Shown piece after piece: positions 31,001 through 42,787 of a stretch of 64,000 nt of DNA. Position 1 is the stretch's first letter. Every line of letters begins with the position of its first letter. A program made the position numbers and the translations under genes. Source of the stretch: Owenia fusiformis (lineage: Eukaryota); NCBI GenBank assembly GCA_903813345.2, contig CAIIXF020000001.1, positions 41,726,001 to 41,790,000 on the forward strand. The letters run 5' to 3'. The notes beneath the pieces were generated by a model. The model did no database searches, was not told the DNA's origin, and was given only the letters and a program-made list of their open reading frames with translations.

Positions 31001-34000
31001 CATTAATATTTTATGAAATGGTGTCATCAACGAGAATCAATCACTACGTTATTAACTCCCATTAGACTCGATCATCTATCATTTAGAACAATTTTCTGGA
31101 TTGCAATTCTCTAATTTATCGTGTACCCTTAGCACTGATTGTTGACACATATAGCAGTGACATGTATAGATTTACTATTAACCTAGATTGTACCTCAGTC
31201 TGTTGTCATTAAGTGAGGTTGAATTCTCATGAGTGTGTTCATTTTCATTTTTTAATATTTACTAAAATACATCTCCCTAAATGATAGAAATATATATTCA
31301 AAGAATGTAGAGGATATCCTATGCTTCAAATGAAATATGGTTTTTATCTACCAGTTGACAGTTATATCTGCCAGATGAGCCAAAGGAGCAAAAATCCCAT
31401 ATTAGAAGCCATATCATGTAATACAAGTATAGGTTCATTGTCACACAAGAAATCTTTCACTTAACAATCTTCTACTCGACAAACTTTTGCTGAATAATAT
31501 GCTGGAATAGTTCAATAATATGAATTTTCTCACTCTGGTGAAAAAAATTCTGGGCTGTTTATTTTGATTTCTTAAAATGTCTATATAATAGCCTAACATT
31601 ATTCTTTATTACCAACAAGATTAGATATTATGTGCTTTAGGATTTCTAATTTGATGTAATATTAGATTAAAACCTCATAATTCTGATTCATTATGCACAG
31701 CCATGGAGGTTTTAGTTCACTATTTGCTGTATTTTCTCAATGGCAATAAGTATTGCACAAGACTTCTATAATGAGTATTACATACCCAGCGAAGCATTTG
31801 TATTGAAGTCAATGGAGCTGAAGGTCGGCTATATATTCCTGTATAGCCGCCAAACCTTTTACCATGACAATCTTATGACGTCATCGGGACGTCATGTTTC
31901 ATTTCTTCCTAATTTCACTCGCACACAGACACGTGGCGTCATTGATATAACGTAGCCATGATATAAAAGTATGTAATACAACAGTTATGTCCGTATCATT
32001 GAATATATGCCTTCGGTCTGTCGTAATATAACCCTCGCAAGCTCGGGCTATATTGGTGACAGACCTTAGGCATATATTCAATGATAGGGACATAACTGCT
32101 AAATATAATATAGCTGGTTATATACTTTGCTGATGCTCCAGTCAAATGTTATTTTAATTTCTGGAATTTAGATTTATTATGTTTGTATGAAGCATGCATG
32201 ACAACTGTGATATTCTTATTGTGATGCTACTTTTATTTTATGACATTGTTTCATCAATGTACATTTGCAGGACTCTCTTGGGATATGCTTAACTTTACAA
32301 TGCACCTCCCTTCTGATAGGTGAATGGAATTGAAATCTTATATACAGTACAATACTGTTTATATGTCATATGTCATGCTTTGATACTATTGTCATTAAAG
32401 AAATATATATAAATGAAACTCGCCCATGAACACCTGTACCATCTAATAGGTGGACCTCACTATCTGTTACTTAACGTTAACCCCCTAGGAACCTGCCTGA
32501 ACCACCTGTAACTATCATTAATATCACGAGCCATTTTTCTTGTCTACTAACCAACTGTACATTAGTGCTAATTACATACTTGTATAAAAAAGAAGCCATA
32601 TATTGTTGTATGCATGTTTGGTATATACTGTATACATGTGATTGGCATCATGCGAGACAGGAGTAAACGAAATAACAGAAACAAATGGAATTCATTTTTC
32701 AATTCTTTATTTCAGAGCGCCAGTACATTGCAAAGACCTGAGAAGAAACCGTTATTTGCATCAGTACAAGAGGTAGGTCAAACAAGAAGAAATCATTATT
32801 CGTAAAGTGCATTTGTTTTCACAAGTTAAGAATTTGATTCAGTATACAGGATTTGAAGTATACTTATTAGATATTATATTTTATCAGTTTTTAGCATGCT
32901 TATGTATAAATTAAAACCTAATCATTTCAATGAAAGAAATTAAAAATGGTTGAATCAAAATAAAAACAAGACTGCTTAGACCTGGTTGCAAGCAATATGT
33001 CATTTTGTCCCCATTAAGTTTGATGATTGATGGCTCTATGAGACCTCCTTTGTTGAAGCAGTTCTTCAGAGCTGACTTTTCCTCATGGAATTAGCCAAGG
33101 GGTTCAGGCTTTTTCCCTTATGGATTTAGCTATACCGGCTTTTCCCTCATGGATTTAGCTATACTGGCTTTTCCCTTATAGTTTTAGCAATGGTCAATTT
33201 TCCCTCATTGTTTTGCTGAGCCTTTTCCCTTATGGATTTAGCTACATGGGTTTTCCCTTATGGATTTAACTATGTCGGACTGCTCTGTATTGGGTGGTTG
33301 CATATATGTCATCCTGCCATTTGGAAGTGGGCCAGGTCTTTTATTATGTCCTTCCACTGCTTCTTTATTTGCAATAACAGTCTCATAAGAAACAATAACA
33401 TAGACTGTAAGATATGGTGTGGAAATTACCTTTGTCAGCCCTTGTTATTTAACATACTGTGCTTTTTAATTAAATGTCCTTCACAAGATTGAAATAAATG
33501 TTTAAAGCTGCTTATTGCAATTTTTGCAACAACAGACTGTATGTATCGGAAATTCAATTCTCTGCTCTCTAAACAGGAGATTTGTAAGTCCCTTGACCAA
33601 TCAGAGATGAGGAAATAATGATGATATGAATGATGGGTTTTAGCGCCTGGCACTGTCATCTCTTTAAATGAAATACTGCCTACCTGAACCACCTGTGCCC
33701 CATCATCATTAGTAATCCTACTTTAACTCTGATATTAGGTCATTTCAAAAATATCAATAATTTGAGTACATGTTAATGGGCATTGTGTGCATTTTCATTA
33801 TGTGCATTGACATCATATGCATTTATATAAAGAACTCATGTGACATTTCTACTTAAAGGATAAATCCAAATTATATTTCATAATTTCCATTTTCCAGGTA
33901 CTTCGAGGTGCCCAGCCTTACCCCATGGTAATCAAGCCACCAAATGGTGGCTATTGGATAGATGGCGACACACAGAATCAGATTGACGCAGAGGGGAACA

Positions 34001-37000
34001 AACTACCCGGCAGTGAATCACCATCTCCCAATACACCTAGCACTCCATCAAGTTATAAATTTGAGGGAGATAACACTGCAAAACGTTACCGGGATCATTT
34101 TCTACAGAAGGTAAGTGATGTGTTGAATGATCGTACAGACTGGGAAGGTTCATGAGAGGCTTGGTTCCCTTGGGGTCATTAACAGAAACTTCATAAGATT
34201 AAGAATTCCTACATGAATTGCTGTTACCATGGATATAATGATGTCATAGTAAGAGAACAATGGATTTTAGTTTCTGTTAATGACTCCCGCTGGTTAACTA
34301 TGAAGATCTACGCTCTCAGCAGGATGTTATTAAAACAGTAAATATTACATAAAGTAATTTTTACGACACAATTTAACTCTCTGTCTTTACATTTGAGGAA
34401 ACCATTGCCAGAGGTTTAATGATTTTTATCTCCGCTAACATAAAAAACAGCAAATTTCTAATCGACCTTTACCACATTTTGTTTTCATTGTACAGTATAT
34501 CAATAACTTGACAAGCCCAACAACTGACATTGGATTTCCTTGTTTTGATGAAAATGGCTTGTATAGATATCATATCGTCATAGGTTTATGGCAGAATTAT
34601 ATTGTTGGCACAATAAGCTGTTTGATGTTAGAATCGGTAATGTTATCGGGTTCATTTTAGAAGAATCAATGCATAATGATAAGTTTTAATGTCCCTTGGA
34701 GTCTTCCATGAGCTAGTATAATCTGGCATATGTCAAGGTTTGTCATAGATATTGACAACATATTGATGGTACATGGAAGATCAAAGTCAGTCATCATGTC
34801 CTGCCATGCCAGGTTATTACATATATAAAGAATCAATATGATAAAAGGAAGATCTTGTGAGTGGTTTATCATCTGACTGCTCCCAGCAGAGATTGCCTCT
34901 GTAGCGATGCAAAACCTTTAATATACCATATTGAGCACTTCATTTTTCCAGATAAATAGAGGATATCCTATGATTTATGAGTGATATAATTTTTATCCAC
35001 GAATGGATATGATATCTGCACGAGCGAGCGTAGCGAGAGAGTGCAGATATCAATATCCAGGAGTGGATTAAAATCATATCACAAGTAAATCATAGGATGT
35101 TCTTTTTATTCCATAGTTTAAAAGTCATCATCAGAATCGTTGGAAATTAAATGATTTAAAACGAATTTTCCAAACGATCAGGCGATATTGACACTTAGCC
35201 TCGTTTTAAGTCTGAAGTAGCAAAAATCCTTAATTCATAGCATACGGCGCCGTATGTCATGGCTAAAACACCGTATGCTATGGTTAAGTGATTTGTCAAA
35301 AATATCATTTTACCACTGATTACAAAAATACCGTTTTTATTTTGACTAAATTTAAATATTTGGACACATGTATATGACCACAGATTTCACATAAACATAT
35401 TCCATTTCATTTTTTTATAAATAGCTACTCATTTGTTAATGTTTGTTCGTTTGTTGCTATGGTGATGTCACTCTTTCAAATTAACATTTCTGACATCTCT
35501 AATATTTCCCTTTGAGACACCTCATCTGAGATCTGAGACAAATCAAATAATTATATTTTAATCTGTATTTACAGGAACACTTCAACTTTTATGGTCAGGA
35601 TGATCAGGTCGGCCCCATTGTGTTATCTGTCAAAGAGGAGACATCGGGGAATGATTCCATTACCCGTGTAATCTTGAGGTATGTAAACATTACAGGCTTC
35701 AACTGTTTTTAATGCAAATCAATAGCAGCTGTGTTATGGACATTTTTTTACATTTTCTTTAATCATATAATTTTATTTGAAAATTAGTAGGACCTTTCAT
35801 AAAAAATTGTTTCGCTGCTTGGGTACTTGTTTTCACATAAACATAGTTTTACATTATTAAAATGTATTGTAGTTATATAAAATTAAATGTAGCTGTCATG
35901 AAAATATCTTGGAATAAACCCAATATTCAAAACCTCATGGTAGATAATCTTCATCTATTCTCCAGGACCAAACAAAGAACGAGCCATGAGGTGATATCTA
36001 ACAGTGATCCTGACCACTCCCCAAACCCTGCCAAGCTGGCCAAGATGCTATGTGAAGACATCAGTGTCTCCCAACTCTATCCTGTGCTATTCTCAAAGGT
36101 CAGTACATTTTCTGCAATAGTCTCCAAGGTAGATGGTTATTTTTTTCAACATTATCATTAATTGTCACTGTTCTGCTGTGATTTAATATCAAATAGATAG
36201 TTTTGGTTAAAAGATTTGGCAAAAGACAAGGAGTCACATAATAACACTGACAAATGCGTATTGCTCAGCCAATAAAGCCTAACATGATGTAGTATGGTTT
36301 GTAAAATTAATGAATAATCTTAATTCCACTTGTACACCCTATGCAGACAGAGCCTGTGGGAAATATTGGGTGGGGAGCAAATGAGCGGAGGGTGCGGAGC
36401 TAACGGTCATTTTTGAATTTAAATTTGGGATATTTCTGGAACTAAGCCGTTTTGGGACTTCAAATATACCAAGATATGTGTATTTGACACCAAATATCAA
36501 TACAATTGTGAAAATAGTAGCGCAATTCATTCTATAGCGACGCAGTGTGCCTTAAACCTTTCCCAGACCTATATATTTTGAAATTATCCTTTTAATACTG
36601 AGTCCCCAGCATTCATAAAAAATGGTGTTCAAGGTACACTATCTATACAAATTATTTTTGCATCTTGGAAGCCAGGCAGTATCAGTGTGATTTTATAAAA
36701 AATCGGAAATGTTTTTCAGATATGAGCCCCCTCTAAATATTGGGTGCGGAGCAGCTCCATAAACGTAGCTCCGCACCCAATATTTAGAGGGGGCTCATAT
36801 CTGAAGAACATTTCCGAATTTTTATAAAATCACACAGATACTGCCTGGCTTCCAAGATGCAAAAATAATTTGCATGGGTAGTGTATCTTGAACACCATTT
36901 TTTATGAATGCTGGGGACGCAGTATTAAAAGGATAGTCTCAAAATATATAGGTCTGGGAAATGTTTAAGGCATACTGCGTCGCTATAAAATGAATTGCAC

Positions 37001-40000
37001 TACTATTTTCACAATTTTATTGATATTTGGTGTCAAATACACATATCTTGGTATATTTGAAGTCCCAAAACGGCTTAGTTTCAGAAATACCCCAATTTTA
37101 AATTCAAAAATGACCGTTAGCTCCGCACCCTCCGCTCATTTGCGCCGCACCCAATATTTCCCACAGGCTCTGTCTGCATAGGGTGTTGTAGAGGGATCAT
37201 TAAGTTCTCCAAAATTAGCATTGTTAAGATCTAATATTATTTCCATGTAATATTCCAGGGCTCACAGCTTGTTGTGACATATGATGAACACGTCTGTACA
37301 AACACATACAAGTTTGGCGTAATCTACCAGCGGTATGGTCAGGTGACAGAGGAAGAGCTGTTTGGGAATGAAGAGCATTCTCCTGCCATGGATGAGTTCT
37401 TAGATGTCTTAGGGGATAGGGTACCTCTAAAGGACTTTAAAGGGTTAGCTTAAATGATTTTGATTTAATGCGATTATTTACATTGGGTCTAAAAGATGTT
37501 ATATGTCTACACTGTTACAGAGAGTTGACGTTTTCTAGTATGTACAGAAATAAGCACATAAAAAGGAAAAAAGCTTGGTACAAATAAGATGTTTCTATTG
37601 CAAAACAAACACACATGATTGTTCATGTTTTGTTTGGTGTATTTCCAGATTTCGTGGGGGTCTAGATACTCAACATGGCCAGACAGGCGACCAATCAGTC
37701 TACACGCGATTTGATGATAAAGAAATCATGTTCCACATATCTACATTATTGCCATATACTGAGGGGGACTCACAGCAACTCCAACGTAAACGACACATCG
37801 GCAACGACATTGTTGCGATAATATTTCAAGAAACAAACACACCATTTGTTCCTGATATGGTGGCGTCTCATTTCTTACACTCGTACATAGTCGTGCAGCC
37901 AATCAATCCCAATACAGAATTCACACAGTATAAAGTGACAGTGACTTCACGGGATGATGTTCCACGCTTCGGTCCAAAGTTACCCAAGCCCGCCATATTT
38001 AATAAGGTGCGTAAATCATATGATTTAAACACAAACATACAATCTTACAGTGTTATTTTTAAACAATAGACACATGCATCTCATCATTAAGATTTTAATA
38101 AATTTTGATGAATACAAAATGAAACTTCAACATTAACAGTCATTTGTTTGTCTTAATTTATTTCAGGGTGAGGACTTCAAACAGTTTATTCTCACCAAGT
38201 TGATAAATGCTGAAATGGCCTGTTACAAAGCAGAAAAGTTTGCCAAATTAGAGGTGAGTACAAATGAGGGTTTCGGGAGTGTCAAGTGTCAGTGTCAAGT
38301 GTCATGAATTGCATGATTCTCCTTCAGGTTCCAATGAGTGGATTGATTTCTTTTTTTCTATTGTTAATCTCATCCATGTAGATAATTGTTGACAGACAAA
38401 TGACTGCACCAAGCATCAGGCTTCTACCTACATGTACAATGTACATGTACAACATTGCCTCAGTGTATTTCAAGTAATTTACTGATATATGTATTTTGAA
38501 ACACAATTACTTGCTTCGTCAAGTGAATAATGTTTTAATATTTGTTGTAATAGGGGATGAAATAGGAAAATAATGTGGATAATTTTGATTGTTTTAGGAG
38601 CGCACAAGGGCAGCATTGTTGGATGCTCTGTACCATGAGTTGTTACAGAGGAATCATGAAATCTTTGGTGCTCCTAGCTCCCCTACAATAGAGACAAAGT
38701 CCGAGAGCAGTAACAGTATTTTAGACAGTTTCAAAAAGGTAAAAATATTAAACTCCTGTATGTTTCTTTGTCATATACAGAATGTCCTTGTTATTCCAAG
38801 TTGTGAAGTGGACATGCCAAACTGTTGGCCAGAAAGTATTCCACTTGATGAATTGACCTCACACTTCAGGGTCAACTAGTGTATTAACTTTGTACTCTTC
38901 AGGCCCGTTGCCAGGATTTGCCAAGGGGGTTCATTTTTTGAAAATTTCCAGGGGGGGTCACTTTTGACAATTTTGGTCCTAAAATGGCCAAAATCACTTA
39001 AAATGTGGTCAGAATGATGAAAAACTGCATGATTTTGAAAGAATTTTTGGCCAGGGGGGGGGTTCGCTTGAACCCATCGAACCCCCCCCCCCCCCTGGCT
39101 ACGGGCTTGCTCTTGTTTGTATGAAATTCTGGTTGTCATGAAAACTAAACATTTAATACCCACTTGTGTTTTTCCTATTTTCTTGTAAATCTCTTGAAAA
39201 TGTTGCGATGATGCACAAAATTCGCAAAAATGATCAAATCAGTTGATTCAAGTGCATTGTTCTTCTTGAACCCGGATTTCTGATTTATTCGATAATATTT
39301 AAAACAGACTTCATCAGTTGATCCGATCAATTATGGAAATTATTTGATGAACCGCTAGAACAAGATAGTCATTAGTATTTATAATTCAAGTACTAGAAGA
39401 TGTCGAGCGGAGTTTGTACTTGATGACAGAATGCTCTGATTTGTGCTAGCTAATTCTAAATATTGGAATATGTGACTTAGTGCATTTCAATTGACACCTT
39501 TTGTTCATAAACAATGCCTTGGGTGTCTTCAGAATATATCCAATTTCCAATGCTTGACTAATTAGTGTTTAGAAAGTCAAGGATTATCATTAAGAATACA
39601 TATAGGGCAACATCAAAAACTCACAAACTCAGAAATTATTTTAACCATGATAGCAATGGAAACAATGTGTCTAACATGTTTATTTATTGAAAGATTTTGC
39701 AGAAATTTTTTTATGGATCATAAATACCTTTTCATCCCCATGTAACCTATACAAGAATATAGAATACATGAAGTGAAAGGCTATAAATTATTTTTCAGGT
39801 GCTAGGTGGTAAAAGAAGTCCCTCAGTGGAGTCGAATCTTGCCAATAAAAGAACTAATGGTCTTGTGTCTGCCCTTCCATCTGTGGGGGAGGATTCTTCG
39901 AGCTCTCCGGTAAGTTCAGACAAGGACGTCCTTAGTTCAGAGACCTTAGTTCATATGGTGTATTGGGATTTTATACTCTTCTCCCTTTTGAATGATTCTG

Positions 40001-42787
40001 GTCTTCATTCAAAGATCCATATACTTGTAGTGCTATATATGAACAAACATTATATTCATTCAAATATTATTATTTTCATTATTTTATTTTGTTCTGTATG
40101 TACTTCACATGTTTCAAATATCACAATGCCTTTGTCATGTTTATGCCAAATATGAAAAAATATTGTAACTGGTATTTATTTGTATTTATAATTCTTTATT
40201 AGGGCCGAAAACATGGAAAGAATAAAAACAGACCATTCTCAACAACATTAGATAAGAAAGACTTCACAGAAAAAACATCGTAAGTTGTGCCTAAACATAG
40301 AATAGAAATACTGTTCACGTTCAAAGATTTAAATCATGGAATATTTGGTAATAATAATAATAAATAAATAATACTACTACTAAACGTTTAGAAAATGGAT
40401 AAATACTCATATGCTGGCAAGTTGTTTTGTTGTATATGGTTAATAATTTTTTGAAACATTTTGACCATTATGAAATTTCATAATGTGTGGTTAATATTAT
40501 ATGACGGAAAATTTATTGAACGCCCCTTGTATGTAATTGTACAAATTGATATTTGATGATAATCTTTTGACCACAACCCTTGTATTTAATTACAGCCTTG
40601 TATCCGCTAGTGAATGCCAAAGCAGCAGCAGTTTCAGCCAGTCTTACCATACATGCATTAGTGCACCAACTACGCCCAACTCCTCTAGTCCAGACACTCC
40701 CCTACAACTCAAAAATGGGTACGATATTTTTTATTTTATTCAATGAGGTCTGGCAAGAGCTATTGCATTGTTTGTATCTATACAAAGTATGGTATTGAAG
40801 AGTTGATCAATAAAAACATGTAGACCAAAATGAATATATTTTATTCATCTGGATCTACTTATTCGTGAAATTGCCATTTTTCTAGTTGTTCCATATTTTC
40901 ATTATTTTCTGATCTATCATGATGTTGTACAAGTGTGATGATGTTATCTCTGTATTTGTAGGGTATGCCAACGCACTCCTTCTACCCACTCTAGTGACAC
41001 AAGCAGTTTTAACAGTATTGATGACTTCGATGATGCATTCACATCAGGCATCCATCACGATGACTCAGATACGGGCATGGTGGGTGTACACTACACAACT
41101 CAACATAATGTAAATAACATTCAAGGCCAGGTGCTTCCTCACCAGCCGATATATGGCTTAATTCCAGGCTTTGGCTTATCGTCAGTGTGTCTCAGTCTTA
41201 AAGCTTTTAATGTGTCGTCTGGCTTATAATTAACAATATTAACAGATAACAATTGTGTTTTACACCTTGTTCAGTTTTGATTCTGGTTTCAATTCAGAAC
41301 AAGATTTATGTGGTGATTGTGCTTGAAATGCTTATACTATAGAAACTACATGTACATCTTCTCTCATCATTGTTTTTTTCTGTTCTGAAAGTTCTATAAT
41401 TGGATAAAAGTTGCTCTTTGAAATCGTTGTATCAAAATGCACGCTTTATAAATGGAAATAGACAGAAAACTATTTTGATGTTTGTTTTGATGATTTTGTG
41501 TGAAAAAGTCATGCATGCCATTGCCATGGTGATTTCTTCGCTTGTGAGAGTTGCTTTATTGCATTTTACCACGTTTTTGATTATATCTGTAGATATTAAT
41601 TATAAAAATTAATTATGAATAGATGGCAGCATATACCTGTATGAACACTCAGTGACATCTATCTATACTAATGCTATAACACTTAGGGAGATTGAACAGA
41701 AATTCAAATACAGAATAATGGGAATCCTCTGGAGCCCTAGTATCATAATGTGGTCAACTCATATAGCAGGCTTTTGAATTTAAATTCATTCAAGTTTAGT
41801 TTCTGATTATCTCTGAATTCATAAAACATTCCAAGTCTAAAACAAATAATATATTTAAAAAACACAAATATTAATGATTGTTTATTTTTATTTGTCCAGG
41901 AAAGTATGTCTTCCTCAGAAGCCAACAACAATAAAAGAATAAGTCTGTCAAACAGTTTCCAAGATGACCCTGGCTGTATTACTGATATGGACAGTAAGTT
42001 GGATTTGAATGTTTCTTCAGATAAATATGTACTGTATGTACTTTTCGGTTTTTCTATTTTCATACATCAGAACTTGGTAGGGTTTCTAAATATATTTAAA
42101 TCCACCTCATGTAGTTCATTGTTAGAAATAGTCGGGGAAATAGTTGACATTTGAAAATTAATTTAATGTGATATGTATGGCTTATCTTTACATATTCGTC
42201 ATTTTGTCAAAATATATGATATGATATGATATTAGACATGATACAGTACTAGTTCAGGCGTACATGTACTAACCAATCATATTCAACTATATTAGGTGAA
42301 TCCCTACTTCGCCAAATGGAACAGCTGAGGTTGGAAGTGATGAAGCTGAAAAGTGAAAAAATTGATCTCCTACGTCAAAATGTGGTGAGCGCCTATGCTG
42401 TTGTATGATCAATTAAAATCTGAGATAAAAATTTCTATCTCAGAAGAAAAATTCTAATCTCAAATTATATATGAAGAAATTTTTAATGAAGCCAAAAGGA
42501 TTCAATATATTCATTAATATTGGCAAGTAAGATTCTCACTGAGAATGACTAATTTTGCAAACAAAATGTTTGGCCTCAGAAATCAACAAATAAACAAACA
42601 AGTAAACAAATGTAAAGAACTTGTGTTTGACCATAAATGCCATTTTCTATTTCAGACCAGTCAGCGAGAAATCAAGCGATTAAAAGAACAAGACATTCGC
42701 CTAGCAACAGAGCTTGGCAACCAGCAACGGGAGATTGGACATTTAAAGTCACGCTGCATTGAGATAAGCGAGGAAGCAAACGTCTAG
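3109..42787 (+). CDS. RAP1GAP: Rap1 GTPase-activating protein, spliced gene span. Longest model: join(3109-4097,17989-18091,24559-24639,27970-28056,32716-32772,33898-34110,35575-35678,35966-36098,37259-37443,37649-38006,38167-38253,38598-38738,39799-39909,40203-40279,40596-40718,40962-41079,41900-41993,42296-42384,42656-42787), 3282 nt, 1093 aa if both GoLoco exons are included
   Basis: All introns are GT-AG and phases join in one open frame. Rap1GAP motifs present: [76 protein letters not shown]-terminal GoLoco motif(s) as in vertebrate Rap1GAP. Confidence 0.93.
3496..3600 (+). repeat. Coding 21-bp tandem repeat x5 ([35 protein letters not shown])
   Basis: Visible in both the DNA and the ORF translation. 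Confidence 0.9.
6939..7504 (+). CDS. RAP1GAP: Rap1GAP alternative first coding exon B (~189 aa)
   Basis: 189-codon ORF ending at the donor AG|gtaacc (7504/7505). Phase 2, compatible with the acceptor at 17989. Begins with RKISLP like exon A. Confidence 0.7.
11366..11463. repeat. Three copies of a ~26-bp motif cggaggatatcgt(a/g)acgatatactcc
   Basis: Repeated motif at ~11367, ~11396 and ~11437, next to the hairpin element at 11566. Confidence 0.7.
11566..11699 (-). mobile_element. Hairpin end of a non-autonomous element related to 34952-35345 and 44314-44706
   Basis: atcctatgatttt...tgcactcg-ttcgcttcgctct-ctcgtgca...aaaatcataggat palindrome, sharing arms and core with the other two copies. 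Confidence 0.7.
13327..13473. repeat. Minisatellite of alternating 19-bp monomers (tcaaccattacatttgatc / tcaaccagcacatttgata), ~7.5 monomers
   Basis: Direct tandem repeats visible. Confidence 0.85.
17989..18091 (+). CDS. RAP1GAP: Rap1GAP shared exon 2 ((R)[34 protein letters not shown])
   Basis: T-rich acceptor tgttacag|G and donor AAG|gtaggt. Phase 2 in, phase 0 out. Confidence 0.75.
23200..23460 (+). repeat. Polypurine (GA-rich) low-complexity tract
   Basis: Almost purely G/A on the + strand. It generates spurious ORFs on both strands. Confidence 0.9.
24204..24290 (+). CDS. RAP1GAP: Probable short alternative first coding exon C of Rap1GAP ([29 protein letters not shown])
   Basis: ATG at 24204 is open for 29 codons up to the donor AAG|gtaggc. 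Phase 0, 268 nt before GoLoco exon 1, which is also phase 0. Confidence 0.45.
24559..24639 (+). CDS. RAP1GAP: Rap1GAP GoLoco exon 1 ([27 protein letters not shown])
   Basis: ttttcag acceptor, gtaagt donor, 81 nt, phase 0-0. Matches the GoLoco consensus with the D-Q-R triad. Confidence 0.9.
27970..28056 (+). CDS. RAP1GAP: Rap1GAP GoLoco exon 2 ([29 protein letters not shown])
   Basis: tttacag acceptor, gtgact donor, 87 nt, phase 0-0. Matches the GoLoco consensus including RMDDQR. Confidence 0.85.
30210..30480. repeat. Degenerate AT-rich tandem repeat (caataactacataatt-like)
   Basis: Recurrent aactacat motif. Confidence 0.7.
31982..32098 (-). mobile_element. Hairpin of a non-autonomous element (tandem-GA type)
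   Basis: cagttatgtcc...ccctcg-caag-ctcgggc...ggacataactg imperfect palindrome. Confidence 0.6.
32716..32772 (+). CDS. RAP1GAP: Rap1GAP exon ([19 protein letters not shown])
   Basis: tttcag / gtaggt boundaries, phase 0-0. SVQE|VL corresponds to the SVHEVL segment of vertebrate Rap1GAP. Confidence 0.85.
33075..33272. repeat. Degenerate ~29-bp tandem repeat (ggcttttcccttatggatttagctatac)
   Basis: About 6-7 imperfect copies. Confidence 0.75.
33898..34110 (+). CDS. RAP1GAP: Rap1GAP exon ([23 protein letters not shown]...RYRDHFLQK)
   Basis: GGYWI motif, ttccag / gtaagt boundaries. Confidence 0.93.
34952..35345 (+). mobile_element. ~395-bp non-autonomous element with a terminal 134-bp hairpin (34965-35098); inverted copy at 44314-44706
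   Basis: Near-identical reverse-complement copy at 44314-44706 over its full length. Confidence 0.85.
35575..35678 (+). CDS. RAP1GAP: Rap1GAP exon ([22 protein letters not shown]...RVILR)
   Basis: Conserved EHFNF..D...G..VLSVK motif, GT-AG boundaries. Confidence 0.93.
35966..36098 (+). CDS. RAP1GAP: Rap1GAP exon ([10 protein letters not shown]...LYPVLFSK)
   Basis: Frame continuity and the YPVL..K motif. Confidence 0.92.
36335..37185. mobile_element. 851-bp fold-back MITE with CACCC...GGGTG termini and 5-bp TSD TTGTA (Transib/RAG-like signature)
   Basis: 418-bp near-perfect arms (36335-36752 and 36768-37185) around a 15-bp loop. TTGTA at 36330-34 and 37186-90. Confidence 0.9.
37259..37443 (+). 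CDS. RAP1GAP: Rap1GAP exon ([11 protein letters not shown]...[36 protein letters not shown]...)
   Basis: Start of the RapGAP catalytic domain motifs. Confidence 0.95.
37649..38006 (+). CDS. RAP1GAP: Rap1GAP catalytic exon (FRGGLD...KRHIGNDIV...AIFNK)
   Basis: Contains the catalytic Asn-thumb motif KRHIGND. Confidence 0.97.
38167..38253 (+). CDS. RAP1GAP: Rap1GAP exon ([29 protein letters not shown])
   Basis: Conserved end of the RapGAP domain, tttcag / gtgagt boundaries. Confidence 0.95.
38598..38738 (+). CDS. RAP1GAP: Rap1GAP exon ([15 protein letters not shown]...DSFKK)
   Basis: Conserved ERTR.ALL..L motif, phase 0-0. Confidence 0.92.
38900..39109. mobile_element. MITE with CAGGCCCG termini and 5-bp TSD CTCTT
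   Basis: TIRs caggcccgttgccag / ctggctacgggcttg, CTCTT on both sides. Related to 57362-57665 and 60511-60708. Confidence 0.85.
39799..39909 (+). CDS. RAP1GAP: Rap1GAP C-terminal exon ([12 protein letters not shown]...DSSSSP)
   Basis: ttttcag / gtaagt boundaries, phase 0-0. Confidence 0.85.
40203..40279 (+). CDS. RAP1GAP: Rap1GAP C-terminal exon ([25 protein letters not shown])
   Basis: ttag / gtaagt boundaries. Its phase 0-2 is required to join the next exon. Confidence 0.8.
40596..40718 (+). CDS. RAP1GAP: Rap1GAP C-terminal exon ([13 protein letters not shown]...[13 protein letters not shown])
   Basis: Phase 2-2, Ser/Pro-rich. Confidence 0.8.
40962..41079 (+). CDS. RAP1GAP: Rap1GAP C-terminal exon (VCQRTPS...DDSDTGM)
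   Basis: Phase 2-0. Joins the next exon to give DSDTGMESMSS. Confidence 0.85.
41900..41993 (+). CDS. RAP1GAP: Rap1GAP C-terminal exon ([17 protein letters not shown]...DMD)
   Basis: tccag / gtaagt boundaries, phase 0-1. Confidence 0.85.
42296..42384 (+). CDS. RAP1GAP: Rap1GAP coiled-coil exon ([29 protein letters not shown])
   Basis: TACTAAC branch point at 42267-73, ttag acceptor, gtgagc donor, phase 1-0. Confidence 0.88.
42656..42787 (+). CDS. RAP1GAP: Rap1GAP last coding exon ([12 protein letters not shown]...EEANV*)
   Basis: tttcag acceptor, heptad pattern continues, TAG ends at 42787. Confidence 0.88.
   Translation, partial: TSQREIKRLKEQDIRLATELGNQQREIGHLKSRCIEISEEANV

Noticed and set aside
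36339..37181. Twin 63-aa ORFs on opposite strands
   Set aside because: They are mirror images produced by the fold-back MITE arms.
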